From Vulcanimicrobiota bacterium (GTDB taxonomy: Bacteria; Vulcanimicrobiota; Vulcanimicrobiia; Vulcanimicrobiales; Vulcanimicrobiaceae): 64,000 nucleotides of DNA. The position numbers were made by a program, and so were the translations under genes. The stretch covers positions 20,737-84,736 of the forward strand of contig CAWAXX010000025.1 of NCBI GenBank assembly GCA_963786105.1, read 5' to 3'. The notes beneath the pieces were generated by a model that was not told the DNA's origin, made no database searches, and saw only the letters and a list, made by a program, of their open reading frames with translations. Below, piece by piece: positions 1-8,486 of this stretch (the stretch's first letter is position 1; every line of letters starts with the position of its first letter).

Positions 1-501
1 GTGGGCGCGTACGCGCGTCCGGAGTGGCGCTTGTGGGCCAATGCGGCCGATGTGCGCTCGGCGATAGCCTCACGCTCCCATTGGCCGACTACTCCGAGCA
101 TGTTGACGACCATGCGGCCCGCGGCCGATGAGGTGTCTAGGGTTTCACCGACTGATACCAGTGCGACGTCGTGCTTCGCGCATAGGTCGATGAGGTTCGA
201 CAGGTCGCGGATTGAGCGCGTCAGCCGGTCGAGTTTAGCGACGACGACCCGATCGATGCCTCCGGCTTGCACATACGCGACGATAGAGCTCATTCCGGGG
301 CGTTTAAGGCTCTTGGCGCTCTCGCCGGCGTCGCGGACAACTTCTGATACGTTCCAATCCATCGCGGCGCAATAGGCGTCAATTCGCCAACTGCGCCTCG
401 AGGGAGACCCCCTTCTCAGCTTGGCTATCGGTCGAAACGCGGACGTAGGCAATGGTCCGGCGGTTAGCCGGGGCGGCTTGACGGATACGGCGTCCTCTCA
501 T
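1..501 (-). CDS. Serine recombinase (resolvase/invertase-type N-terminal catalytic domain); 3' end beyond window; one frameshift near 384
   Basis: Manual translation of the minus strand from ATG 501 (RBS AGGAG at 511-507): MRGRRIRQAAPANRRTIAYVRVSTDSQAEKGVSLEAQLA, then in another frame IDAYCAAMDW...DAGESAKSLKRPG...VVAKLDRLTRSIRDL...LDTSSAAGRMVVNMLGVVGQWEREAIAERTSAALAHKR. Has the catalytic Ser motif (YxRVST) and DRLxR. The first frame stops at TGA 381-379. Not in the ORF track. Confidence 0.9.
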
Positions 502-510
502 CGGTTCTCC

Positions 511-536
511 TGTACAGTACCGTTCGGTACTGTACA
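511..536. repeat. Perfect inverted repeat TGTACAGTACCG-TT-CGGTACTGTACA; candidate recombinase binding/crossover site or operator
   Basis: 12-bp arms with a 2-bp centre, read directly; abuts the recombinase RBS. Confidence 0.85.
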
Positions 537-561
537 ACTCCCATGCTATCATAAGCCAAAT

Positions 562-945
562 CTACCCATTGAAGGAGAGGTGCGGATCGCCTTCGCTCGC
601 GCCGTTCGCGTTCTGAAAGTAGCGCTCGTTTCCGTACGGCGGACAGTTGCCGGCGCCGTTTGAGTATGGGTAGCAGTTGCCGTCGCTTCCGTACGAACCG
701 CCCATCATGTACTGGAGCATCTGCAGAAGTTGCTGCAGCAGCCCCGGAAGCGGCCCGAACATCGCGGTTTGCGCGGGGTTTGACGTTGCACCGGTGAGCC
801 ACGGCGCTGCGATGCGCGAAATGGCGTCGCCGGTGACGCTCCCCGGAGCGATCGCCGGCGAGAGCGCGCCTGCGCCTTCGCCGATGCTGGTAAAAGGCGA
901 GAGTGAAGCCGGGCCGAGCGGCCCTTCGAGCGGCTGGATGGACAT
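562..945 (-). CDS. Hypothetical Gly/Pro/Asn-rich protein ending in GDPHLSFNG; probably a truncated 5' fragment
   Basis: GGAGG RBS 7 nt before ATG 945. The C-terminal GDPHLSFNG resembles the GDPHxxTFDG start of VWD-like domains. Confidence 0.65.
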   Translation of the reverse strand: MSIQPLEGPLGPASLSPFTSIGEGAGALSPAIAPGSVTGDAISRIAAPWLTGATSNPAQTAMFGPLPGLLQQLLQMLQYMMGGSYGSDGNCYPYSNGAGNCPPYGNERYFQNANGASEGDPHLSFNG

Positions 946-1040
946 CGATCAACCTCCGTCGTAGTAGTTGAACGCCGTTCACGACCGGCGCGTCCGGCGA
1001 CAAGGGAGCAGCGGCGGATTGTCAGAAGCGCGTTGCCGCG

Positions 1041-2140
1041 ATGAGCGACACGCAGGTAACGACGATCGCGCGCCTTGACGAGCGTCTAGAAACGCTCAAG
1101 GAGCGTCTTTGACTACGCCGGAAAGAGCCGCCGCGTAATCGAGTTGGAGGAGCGTTCTCGAGCCGAGGGTTTCTGGAGCGATCCCGACGCCGCCCAGCGC
1201 GTCATGAAAGAACTGGCGGATCTGCAAGCCGAGACCGCCGCGGTCTCGAGCGTCGCGCGTTCGCTGCAGGACGCACGCGAAATGCTGGAAGTCTTCGGCG
1301 ACGATCCGGCCGCGCAACCGGAAGCCGATGCGAGCATCGGTGCCGCTGCGTCCGCCGATCGATCAGCTCGAAATGGCGGCCAACTTCAATGGAGAGTTCG
1401 ACGGCCATGGCGCGATCGTCAGCATCTTTGCCGGGGCGGGCGGCGTGGACGCCGCGGATTGGACGCAGATGCTGGCGCGCATGTACTTACGCTGGGCCGA
1501 ATCGAAACGCTTCTCGACGCACGTCGTCGACGAGTCGCCGGCGGAAGAAGCCGGGCTGAAGTCGATCACGTTTTTCGTGCGCGGCCGTAATGCCTACGGA
1601 ATGCTGCAAAGCGAACGCGGAGTGCACCGTTTGGTGCGCTTGTCGCCGTTCGACGCAGCGCATCGGCGGCATACCTCGTTTGCCGCAGTCGACGTGATTC
1701 CGGAGATCGAGGCCGGCGACGAGCTCGACGTCGAGGTCAAACCCGACGACCTGCGCGTCGAAACGTTCAAGTCGGGCGGCGCCGGCGGCCAGTACGTCAA
1801 CAAGACCGAGTCTGCAGTCCGCCTAATCCACATTCCCACCGGCATCGTGGTGGCGTCGCAGCAAGAGCGGTCGCAGGCGCAAAACCGCGACGTCGCCCTC
1901 AACATTCTGCGCGCGAAGCTCGTCGTGCGCGCTGCCGAAGAACGCGATCGGCGTCTCGAAGACCTGCGCGGCGAGCGCCAGGCAAACGAATGGGGCTCGC
2001 AGATTCGTTCGTATGTGTTGCAGCCCTACCAAATGGTAAAAGACCACCGCACCGACGTTTCCGTCGGAAACGCGCAAGGCGTACTCGACGGGGACGTCGA
2101 CGTTTTCATCTGGCCGTACCTCCAACAAACTCGCCGATGA
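1041..2140 (+). CDS. prfB: Peptide chain release factor 2 (programmed +1 frameshift at 1107-1113; a second, probably artefactual, frameshift near 1356)
   Basis: ATG 1041...CTT TGA C; continues in ORF 1144 (EGFWSDPDAAQRVMKEL), then ORF 1328 with SPF and GGQ motifs and WGSQIRSYVLQPY. Confidence 0.95.
1098..1113 (+). promoter_or_regulatory. RF2 autoregulatory +1 ribosomal frameshift cassette
   Basis: AAGGAG-CGT-CTT-TGA-C: internal SD followed by the CUU UGA C slip site at codon 23. Confidence 0.93.
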
Positions 2141-3480
2141 AAGATCGCGTGCTGTGGTGGGGGTGTGCCGCCTATGCGGCGCTCTTTACATTCCTCGGTG
2201 CCGTCAAGTACGCAGTCCACCGGAACTTGGTCGACTTCGGCATCTTTCAACAGACCGCTGCCAGCGCGTTCGGCTGTTTCTGCAATCCGCTCGAAGGTAG
2301 TCATTGGGCTTTTCATTTCTCGCCTATTCTCTACGCCTGGGGCCTTGCGATCGCACTTTTTCCGTCGCCGGTAACGCTGATCGCCCTACAGGCGATCGCA
2401 GGAGCGTTGTGCGCGCCTCCGGTGTATGCAATCGTTCGCGCGCGGAGCGATCCTTCGGTCGCACGGCTGGCGGCGCTGGTCGTATGGCTCTATCCACCGC
2501 TGGCAGGGTTGATCTTCGGCGACGCTCACGAGAACGGCTTTGCACCCGCCGCCGTTGCCTGGACGCTCTATGCGTTCGATGCCGGACGGTTAGGCTGGGC
2601 CGGACTTTTCGCCGTACTGACGTTAGCCGTCAAAGAGGATCAGGCGGCGTTCATGGCCTTTGCGGGCATCTGCGGGGCCGTAGCCTATCGCCACGATCGC
2701 GCGCGTCTTCGTTTGGCGCTCGGCGTTGCCATAGTTTCGGCGGCCGTCGCGCTGACGTTCTTCCTCGTGATTCAACCGCACGCCAACGGCAATCCGGCGT
2801 GGCAGCCGGTACGCTTTTACTCGTGGACGCCGGCCGATTGGCGTTACCTCATCCCGCGCGGAGCGTTGGATCGCATGGGATTCTTGCTGCTGGCGTTCGC
2901 GCCGTTGGCGTTCGTGCCGCTACGGTCGCGCGTCGTGATTCTGGCCCTTCCCGCACTCGTCGAGGTCTTAGCGTCGCGCATGAGCACGACGTTCACGCTC
3001 GGCACGCATTATGCGGGCGCCTGGATCGGCTACGTCTTGGTGGCGTTTGCCGCCGGGATTTCCGATCTCGCGCAACGCGGTCGCGCGCGCCGGGCTCTAT
3101 ATTGGGCGCTGGCGGTGTGCGTCGTGGAGTTACTGGTGGCTAACCCGCTCCATCCAGGATTGAATCTTCGAACGGTGCAACCACGCGACCGCGCTCTCGA
3201 CGCCGCCTTGCGCGCGCTTCCCCGCGACGCGAGCGTTGCCACCCAAGAGGAAGCCTATACGCACCTCGGGTTGGACGACCCGTTCGCACGTTTGTTGCCG
3301 GAGGATCCGACCGTCGAAACGCAGGCTTGCCTCGTGTTGATCGATCGCGCGTATCCGGAGTCCCCGCGACTGCAAGAATACGCCGGCGCGCTGACCGACT
3401 TAGTCGCGTCGGGACGCTACGTTCCGGTTTTGCGAGCCGGCGGCATCGAAGTGTATCGGCGCGTCACTCCCTGCCGTTAG
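2137..3480 (+). CDS. DUF2079-like polytopic membrane protein (GT-C-like)
   Basis: ATG overlaps the prfB stop (ATGA); DFGIF, HFSP, HE and KED motifs; many TM segments. Confidence 0.7.
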   Translation: MKDRVLWWGCAAYAALFTFLGAVKYAVHRNLVDFGIFQQTAASAFGCFCNPLEGSHWAFHFSPILYAWGLAIALFPSPVTLIALQAIAGALCAPPVYAIVRARSDPSVARLAALVVWLYPPLAGLIFGDAHENGFAPAAVAWTLYAFDAGRLGWAGLFAVLTLAVKEDQAAFMAFAGICGAVAYRHDRARLRLALGVAIVSAAVALTFFLVIQPHANGNPAWQPVRFYSWTPADWRYLIPRGALDRMGFLLLAFAPLAFVPLRSRVVILALPALVEVLASRMSTTFTLGTHYAGAWIGYVLVAFAAGISDLAQRGRARRALYWALAVCVVELLVANPLHPGLNLRTVQPRDRALDAALRALPRDASVATQEEAYTHLGLDDPFARLLPEDPTVETQACLVLIDRAYPESPRLQEYAGALTDLVASGRYVPVLRAGGIEVYRRVTPCR

Positions 3481-3493
3481 TGATGCGGGCACT

Positions 3494-4465
3494 TCACAAC
3501 AGTTGCGCCAGCGCGTCCGCCGCGCGTGCCGGCCAGCCGTCGTCGGCGCGGACGATCCGATGCGGTGCCGCCCACGGCGACCAACGGGCAACCTGCAGCG
3601 CAAAATGGCGCGTGGGCGGAAAAACTCCGACGACCGGCGTGCCCACCATCCCGGCAACGTGCAACGCGCCGCAGTCGGGCGTGACTAGCACCGGCGCGGC
3701 GCCAATGGCGCATTTCCAGGGTTCCATGGTATAGAAGCGCTCAACGTCGTGGCCGGACGCCGATGCTACGCGTGCGGCGTAGTCGCTTTCCGATGCGGGC
3801 GCCAAGACGCGCAGCTTTCCGAACGCGCTTAGGCGCCGCACCAGGTCGACGACTTCCTCGGTCGGGATTCCGAGGCGCTCCCATTTGTTGGTGATTTGCA
3901 CGGCGATGCGATCGTCTGCCGGAGGGTCGGTTTCCAGGACCAGCGGCCGGAGCTCGGCCGGGTCGCGCGCCGGATTGGCCGTCGCGCCTAGCAGGGCGTG
4001 GCCCAGGCGGAAGAGGACGACGCACTCGTGAGGCGCGCGGCGGTCGAGACCGGCGCTGCGATACACGCTGCCGGTAAGGAAACGCCGCGACCATAAAGTC
4101 TTCGCCGGTTTACCCCATGCGTTCGAAAAGCCGACGCGGACCGGCACCCGCGCGGCCAACGCAAGACGATATCCGCTCGGATCTTCGGTCGCGACCAGCG
4201 CGTGCGTATAACCGCGCGATGCGAGATCTCCCCCGAGGCGTTCGATGGCCGCGAGATTCGGCGGCTTGCTCGATCGCAGATCGAAGCTGCTCACGACGAT
4301 CGAGCGCGCGGCGCGCGAAGAAAAAATGCCGGCATTGCCCGGCCGTAATACGATGTCGGCGGGAATCGCGAGCGAACGCAGCGCCGCAAGCAACGGCGTC
4401 AGTGCGAGCGCGTCGCCGATCGCATCGAGGCGGATGATGAGCGCCGATGGTGAACTCTCCGGCAT
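3494..4465 (-). CDS. Glycosyltransferase family 9 (heptosyltransferase-like)
   Basis: IIRLDAIGDALALTPLLAALR and TPDCGALHVAGMVGTPVVGVF motifs. Confidence 0.85.
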   Translation of the reverse strand: MPESSPSALIIRLDAIGDALALTPLLAALRSLAIPADIVLRPGNAGIFSSRAARSIVVSSFDLRSSKPPNLAAIERLGGDLASRGYTHALVATEDPSGYRLALAARVPVRVGFSNAWGKPAKTLWSRRFLTGSVYRSAGLDRRAPHECVVLFRLGHALLGATANPARDPAELRPLVLETDPPADDRIAVQITNKWERLGIPTEEVVDLVRRLSAFGKLRVLAPASESDYAARVASASGHDVERFYTMEPWKCAIGAAPVLVTPDCGALHVAGMVGTPVVGVFPPTRHFALQVARWSPWAAPHRIVRADDGWPARAADALAQLL

Positions 4466-4510
4466 GTCTCCCCTCTCCGACCGCCGGCGCGCATCGGCCT
4501 GCTGCCGACA

Positions 4511-4867
4511 ATGATCGCCCGCGACGACGTCGTCACGTTTCAGGAAGTCGACGGCTACCGTACCGTGCGCGCTTTTGGCTACGTTTCGGGCGTAGCTTCG
4601 CGGCCGCGCAATCGTTTGCGGTCGACCTTTCGCAGCCTCGGAATGCTGATCGGTCTAGCTGCCGGGGAGTTTCTAGGCGACGCGGAACAGCTGCGTAGCG
4701 AAGCGCTCGACGCGCTACGCTGTCGTGCCGACGCGATGGGCGCGAACGCGGTCGTCGGTCTACAGTTTTACGTGTCGGAAGGCACTGACGGTTCGTGCAA
4801 GGTCGTCGCCTTCGGTCAAGCGGTGCTGGTCGACAAACGCGTTGAAGGCGATCGCTCTGAGCCTTGA
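4511..4867 (+). CDS. YbjQ/UPF0145 family protein
   Basis: R.EAL..L...ADAMGANAVVGL...VVAFGQAV signature. Confidence 0.85.
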   Translation: MIARDDVVTFQEVDGYRTVRAFGYVSGVASRPRNRLRSTFRSLGMLIGLAAGEFLGDAEQLRSEALDALRCRADAMGANAVVGLQFYVSEGTDGSCKVVAFGQAVLVDKRVEGDRSEP

Positions 4868-5573
4868 GGAGCGTGCGCGGCGCGAGCGCCTGCTCGCGCA
4901 GGCAGCCGCCGCCGCCAACGCCTGCCGTAAGTGCGCGATTGGTTACGAACGTCGCCACAACGTGTACGGTGAGGGCGATCCGCTCGCGGCACTCATGGTG
5001 ATTGGTGAGGGACCGGGTGAGACCGAAGACATGCTGGGACGGCCCTTCGTCGGTCGTGCGGGACAGTTGCTCGAGCGAATGATCGCGGCGATTGGATTGG
5101 CCCGCGAGGACGTGTATATTTGCAACACGGTTAAGTGCCGTCCGACGTCGCCCGGCCCAAACGGTCCGCGTAATCGGGCGCCCGAGCCGGACGAGATGGC
5201 CAACTGCCGCCAGTTCCTCGACGAACAGATCGACATCGTCGCGCCCGACGTGATCCTCGCGCTCGGAGCGCCGGCGGCAAAATCGTTTCTCGGTCGCGAT
5301 TTTCAGATTACGAAGATGCGCGGCCGGTGGTATGCGGGACCGAACGGCGTGCCCCTGATGGCGTCGTTCCATCCGGCCTACATTTTGCGGCAAACCGGCG
5401 GCGAAATCGAGGCGGTCAAGCGGCTCGTGTGGACCGATCTCAAGGCCATTCGTACCAAGCTCGACGAACTCGCCGCGTTTCGCGCCGCGCCACCCCCGGA
5501 AGCCCCGCCCGAATCGTCGCCCGAGCCGCAACAGGCCGGCTTGTTTGGCGACGCGCACGGTGTGCTAGAATAG
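4857..5573 (+). CDS. Uracil-DNA glycosylase family 4 (Fe-S)
   Basis: CRKC, GEGPG, PFVGRAG, NTVKCRP, HPAYILR. Start uncertain (TTG 4842 or CTG 4857). Confidence 0.9.
   Translation: MSLEERARRERLLAQAAAAANACRKCAIGYERRHNVYGEGDPLAALMVIGEGPGETEDMLGRPFVGRAGQLLERMIAAIGLAREDVYICNTVKCRPTSPGPNGPRNRAPEPDEMANCRQFLDEQIDIVAPDVILALGAPAAKSFLGRDFQITKMRGRWYAGPNGVPLMASFHPAYILRQTGGEIEAVKRLVWTDLKAIRTKLDELAAFRAAPPPEAPPESSPEPQQAGLFGDAHGVLE
5563..5571 (+). promoter_or_regulatory. Extended -10 element (TG-C-TAGAAT), probable leaderless promoter of rlmN
   Basis: TGnTAGAAT ends 7 nt before GTG 5579; no SD in between. Confidence 0.5.
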
Positions 5574-5578
5574 GCGCC

Positions 5579-6679
5579 GTGACTCGCGATCCTATGGCCG
5601 TGTGGCTTACGCACTTCAGCTCGCGGGCCGGGTTTCCCGGCGTCGACGAGTTGGCACGCGAATACGACGTGAAGCCTTACCGCCTCCGTCAGATCTACCG
5701 GGCGGCTGCCAAAGAGCTGCTGGCGGGCGTTGAGGCGGTGACCACGTTGCCGAAGGAATTGCGTACGGCGCTCGCCGCTCGCGGGGTGGAGTTTTCGACT
5801 ATCCACGCGGTGACCGTCCAACGTTCGAGCGACGGGCAAACGACCAAAGGCCTCTTTCGGCTTCACGACGGCAGTCAAGTCGAGGCCGTTCTGATGGAAC
5901 ATAGCGGCGAGCGCACGACCGTCTGCATCTCGTCGCAAGCAGGATGCGCTTTTGCCTGTGCGTTCTGTTCGACCGGTCAGGCCGGGTTTACGCGCAACTT
6001 GGATGCCGTCGAAATCTTCGATCAGGCGTCGTATTTCGCGCGGGAGCTGGCGAGCCGCGGCAAACGGATCACCAACGTGGTCTTCATGGGGATGGGCGAG
6101 CCCTTTCACAACTACGAGAACGTCATGAACGCGGTGGCGTTACTCAACGATCCGCTCGGGTTCGGCTTAGGTCATCGGCACATCACGATTTCTACCGTCG
6201 GCCTGGTCGACAAGATCGAGCGCTTTACCGACGAGCACTTACAGGTCAACCTGGCGATCTCGCTCCACGCGCCGAGCGACGAGCTGCGCTCGCAGTTCAT
6301 GCCGGTCAATCGTAAGTTTGGCATCGATGCATTGATGGCCGCTTGCCAACGGTACGTTGAAAAGACTCGCCGGAAAGTGTTTTTCGAATACGTGATGCTC
6401 GAAGGCGTGAACGACGACGCGGCTTGCGCGCGGCAACTAGCGCAACTCATGCGCGGGCACTTGTATCACGTCAACCTCATTCCGTACAATGCGACGCCGG
6501 ACGCACCATTCGGCGGAACGCCCGACGCGCGCATTTGGGATTTCGCGAGAATCCTGGAGGCTGCCCGGGTCCCCACCACCGTTCGGCGCAACATGGGCCG
6601 CGACATCGCCGCAGCGTGCGGCCAGCTGCGCGCGCAGACGCAGCCACGCGCGCACGCCGCGGTCGCGACCGGCGCGTAA
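5579..6679 (+). CDS. rlmN: 23S rRNA/tRNA adenine C2-methyltransferase RlmN
   Basis: ISSQAGCAFACAFC, MGMGEP, ISLHA, NLIPYN, DIAAACGQL. Confidence 0.95.
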   Translation: MTRDPMAVWLTHFSSRAGFPGVDELAREYDVKPYRLRQIYRAAAKELLAGVEAVTTLPKELRTALAARGVEFSTIHAVTVQRSSDGQTTKGLFRLHDGSQVEAVLMEHSGERTTVCISSQAGCAFACAFCSTGQAGFTRNLDAVEIFDQASYFARELASRGKRITNVVFMGMGEPFHNYENVMNAVALLNDPLGFGLGHRHITISTVGLVDKIERFTDEHLQVNLAISLHAPSDELRSQFMPVNRKFGIDALMAACQRYVEKTRRKVFFEYVMLEGVNDDAACARQLAQLMRGHLYHVNLIPYNATPDAPFGGTPDARIWDFARILEAARVPTTVRRNMGRDIAAACGQLRAQTQPRAHAAVATGA

Positions 6680-6685
6680 TCCCGT

Positions 6686-7075
6686 ATGGCATCGTGGCGC
6701 GACGTGCGACGTATCGCCTTGGCTTTGCCCGGTACGAGCGAAGAAGCGACGTCGAGCGGGAACGCTGCGTGGATCGTCAACAAGAAATTCTTTACTTGGG
6801 AACGCCCGTTGCGGCGTTCCGACCTTGCAGCTCTGGGCGACGCCGCGCCGGCCGGCCCCATCTTGGGCGTCCGCACCCCCGATCTCGAAATGAAGGAAGT
6901 GCTGCTGGCGCGCGATTCCTCCGTGTACTTTACGACTCCGCATTTCGACGGTTACCCCGCGGTGCTCGTGCGACTCGGCAAGATTAGCGTCAAGGAGCTC
7001 AAGGACTTGATCGTCGAGGCGTGGCTCGCGCGTGCGACCAAACGCGCGGTGACCGCGTTTCTGAAAGAGACCTGA
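6686..7075 (+). CDS. MmcQ/YjbR family DNA-binding protein
   Basis: ALALPG..E, YFTTPHFDGYPAVLVRL, LIVEAW. Confidence 0.8.
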   Translation: MASWRDVRRIALALPGTSEEATSSGNAAWIVNKKFFTWERPLRRSDLAALGDAAPAGPILGVRTPDLEMKEVLLARDSSVYFTTPHFDGYPAVLVRLGKISVKELKDLIVEAWLARATKRAVTAFLKET

Positions 7076-7141
7076 CGCCGCCGCCGGCGCAATCGCCCTA
7101 AGGCGGGTATCCGGCGTACCGGTGAGAAACCACCGGCCGAT

Positions 7142-8482
7142 ATGGACACGGCGGCCTCGGAGCGGCGCGCGACGATGGAAGAGATTACGGCACTTGCAAA
7201 GCGCCGCGGCTTCATCTTTCAGTCGAGCGAGATCTACGGCGGAATCAACGGTTTCTGGGATTACGGCCCGCTCGGGGCGGTGCTCAAGCGCAACGTCAAG
7301 GATGCGTGGTGGCGCGATACGGTCGAGCTTCGCGACGACGTCGTCGCTTTCGATTCCGCGATCGTCATGCATCCGCTGGTCTGGAAGGCTTCGGGGCACG
7401 TTGATGCTTTCCACGACGTGTTCGTCGATTGCAAGGTTTGCAAACATCGCTTCCGATTCGACCATTTGAAAGACCCGTCGCAGTGCCCGGATTGCGGAAG
7501 TAAAAACTCGTTTACCGAGCCGCGCTCGTTCAACCTAATGATGAAGACGTTCGTCGGACCGATGGACGACACGACGTCGGCGGCGTATTTACGGCCGGAG
7601 ACCGCTCAGGGCATCTTCGTTAACTTCAAGAACGTCTATCAAACGGGCCGCCGGCGTCCGCCGTTCGGAATCGCTCAAATCGGGAAATCGTTTCGCAACG
7701 AAATCACGCCGGGGAATTTCACGTTTCGCGTTCGCGAATTCGAGCAAGCCGAACTCGAGTATTTCGTACCCGACGACGGCAAAGACATGGAAATCTTTCA
7801 CGAGTGGGTCGAGCGCCGTAAGGCGTGGTACGCGAGCTACGGTATCGCGTCCGAGAGACTGCGCTTCTGCGAGATTGCCGAGGCGGAGCGCCCTCACTAC
7901 GCGAAGGCCGGGGTGGACGTCGAATATCTATTTCCGTGGGGCTGGGGCGAACTCGAATCGATCGCCCACCGCGGAACCTACGATCTCGATGCCCACATGA
8001 AACTCTCGGGCAAGGATTTACAGTTTTTCGACGAGGCAAGTAAGACGCACTACACTCCGCTGCTGATCGAGAGCTCGGCCGGTATGGATCGCACGGCTTT
8101 GACCTTCCTTATCGACGCATACGAGCGCGAAACGTCCGTCGATCCTAACGGCAAGGAGACAGAGCGCACCGTTCTGCGGTTCCATCCGAAAATCGCACCG
8201 GTGCAGGTTGCCGTTTTTTCACTCGCGCGAAACAAGCCGGAGTTGGTCGAGCGCGCCCGCAGCGTCGAAGCATGCCTGCGTCCGATCTGGCGCACCCAGT
8301 ACGACGAAGGCAATATCGGTCAGCTGTATCGCCGCCAGGACGAGATCGGCACGCCATTCTGCGTAACGATCGATTACGAAACGTTGGCCGACGGCAGCGT
8401 AACCGTTCGGTCGCGAGATTCCATGTTGCAGGATCGCGTGCCGGCCGAACGCCTGGAAACGCATTTGAGGGAGCGCCTATAA
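7142..8482 (+). CDS. glyQS: Glycine--tRNA ligase (alpha2 type)
   Basis: KRRGFIFQSSEIYGG, YLRPETAQGIF, FRNEITP, YRRQDEIGTPFC. Confidence 0.96.
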   Translation: MDTAASERRATMEEITALAKRRGFIFQSSEIYGGINGFWDYGPLGAVLKRNVKDAWWRDTVELRDDVVAFDSAIVMHPLVWKASGHVDAFHDVFVDCKVCKHRFRFDHLKDPSQCPDCGSKNSFTEPRSFNLMMKTFVGPMDDTTSAAYLRPETAQGIFVNFKNVYQTGRRRPPFGIAQIGKSFRNEITPGNFTFRVREFEQAELEYFVPDDGKDMEIFHEWVERRKAWYASYGIASERLRFCEIAEAERPHYAKAGVDVEYLFPWGWGELESIAHRGTYDLDAHMKLSGKDLQFFDEASKTHYTPLLIESSAGMDRTALTFLIDAYERETSVDPNGKETERTVLRFHPKIAPVQVAVFSLARNKPELVERARSVEACLRPIWRTQYDEGNIGQLYRRQDEIGTPFCVTIDYETLADGSVTVRSRDSMLQDRVPAERLETHLRERL

Positions 8483-8486
8483 CGCC

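Larger units (their letters stand above)
1..565. mobile_element. Probable right end of a serine-recombinase-encoding element inserted into the 562-945 gene
   Basis: Recombinase gene, perfect palindrome, AT-richer tract at 541-570 and an abrupt stop of the neighbouring gene at 562-564. The boundary is inferred; the other end is outside the window. Confidence 0.5.

Noticed and set aside
1..375. 124-aa plus-strand ORF
   Set aside because: Antisense shadow of the minus-strand serine recombinase, which carries the real family motifs.
7076..7141. Possible T-box leader before glyQS (two GC hairpins)
   Set aside because: Only 66 nt, with no T-box consensus or specifier stem visible.
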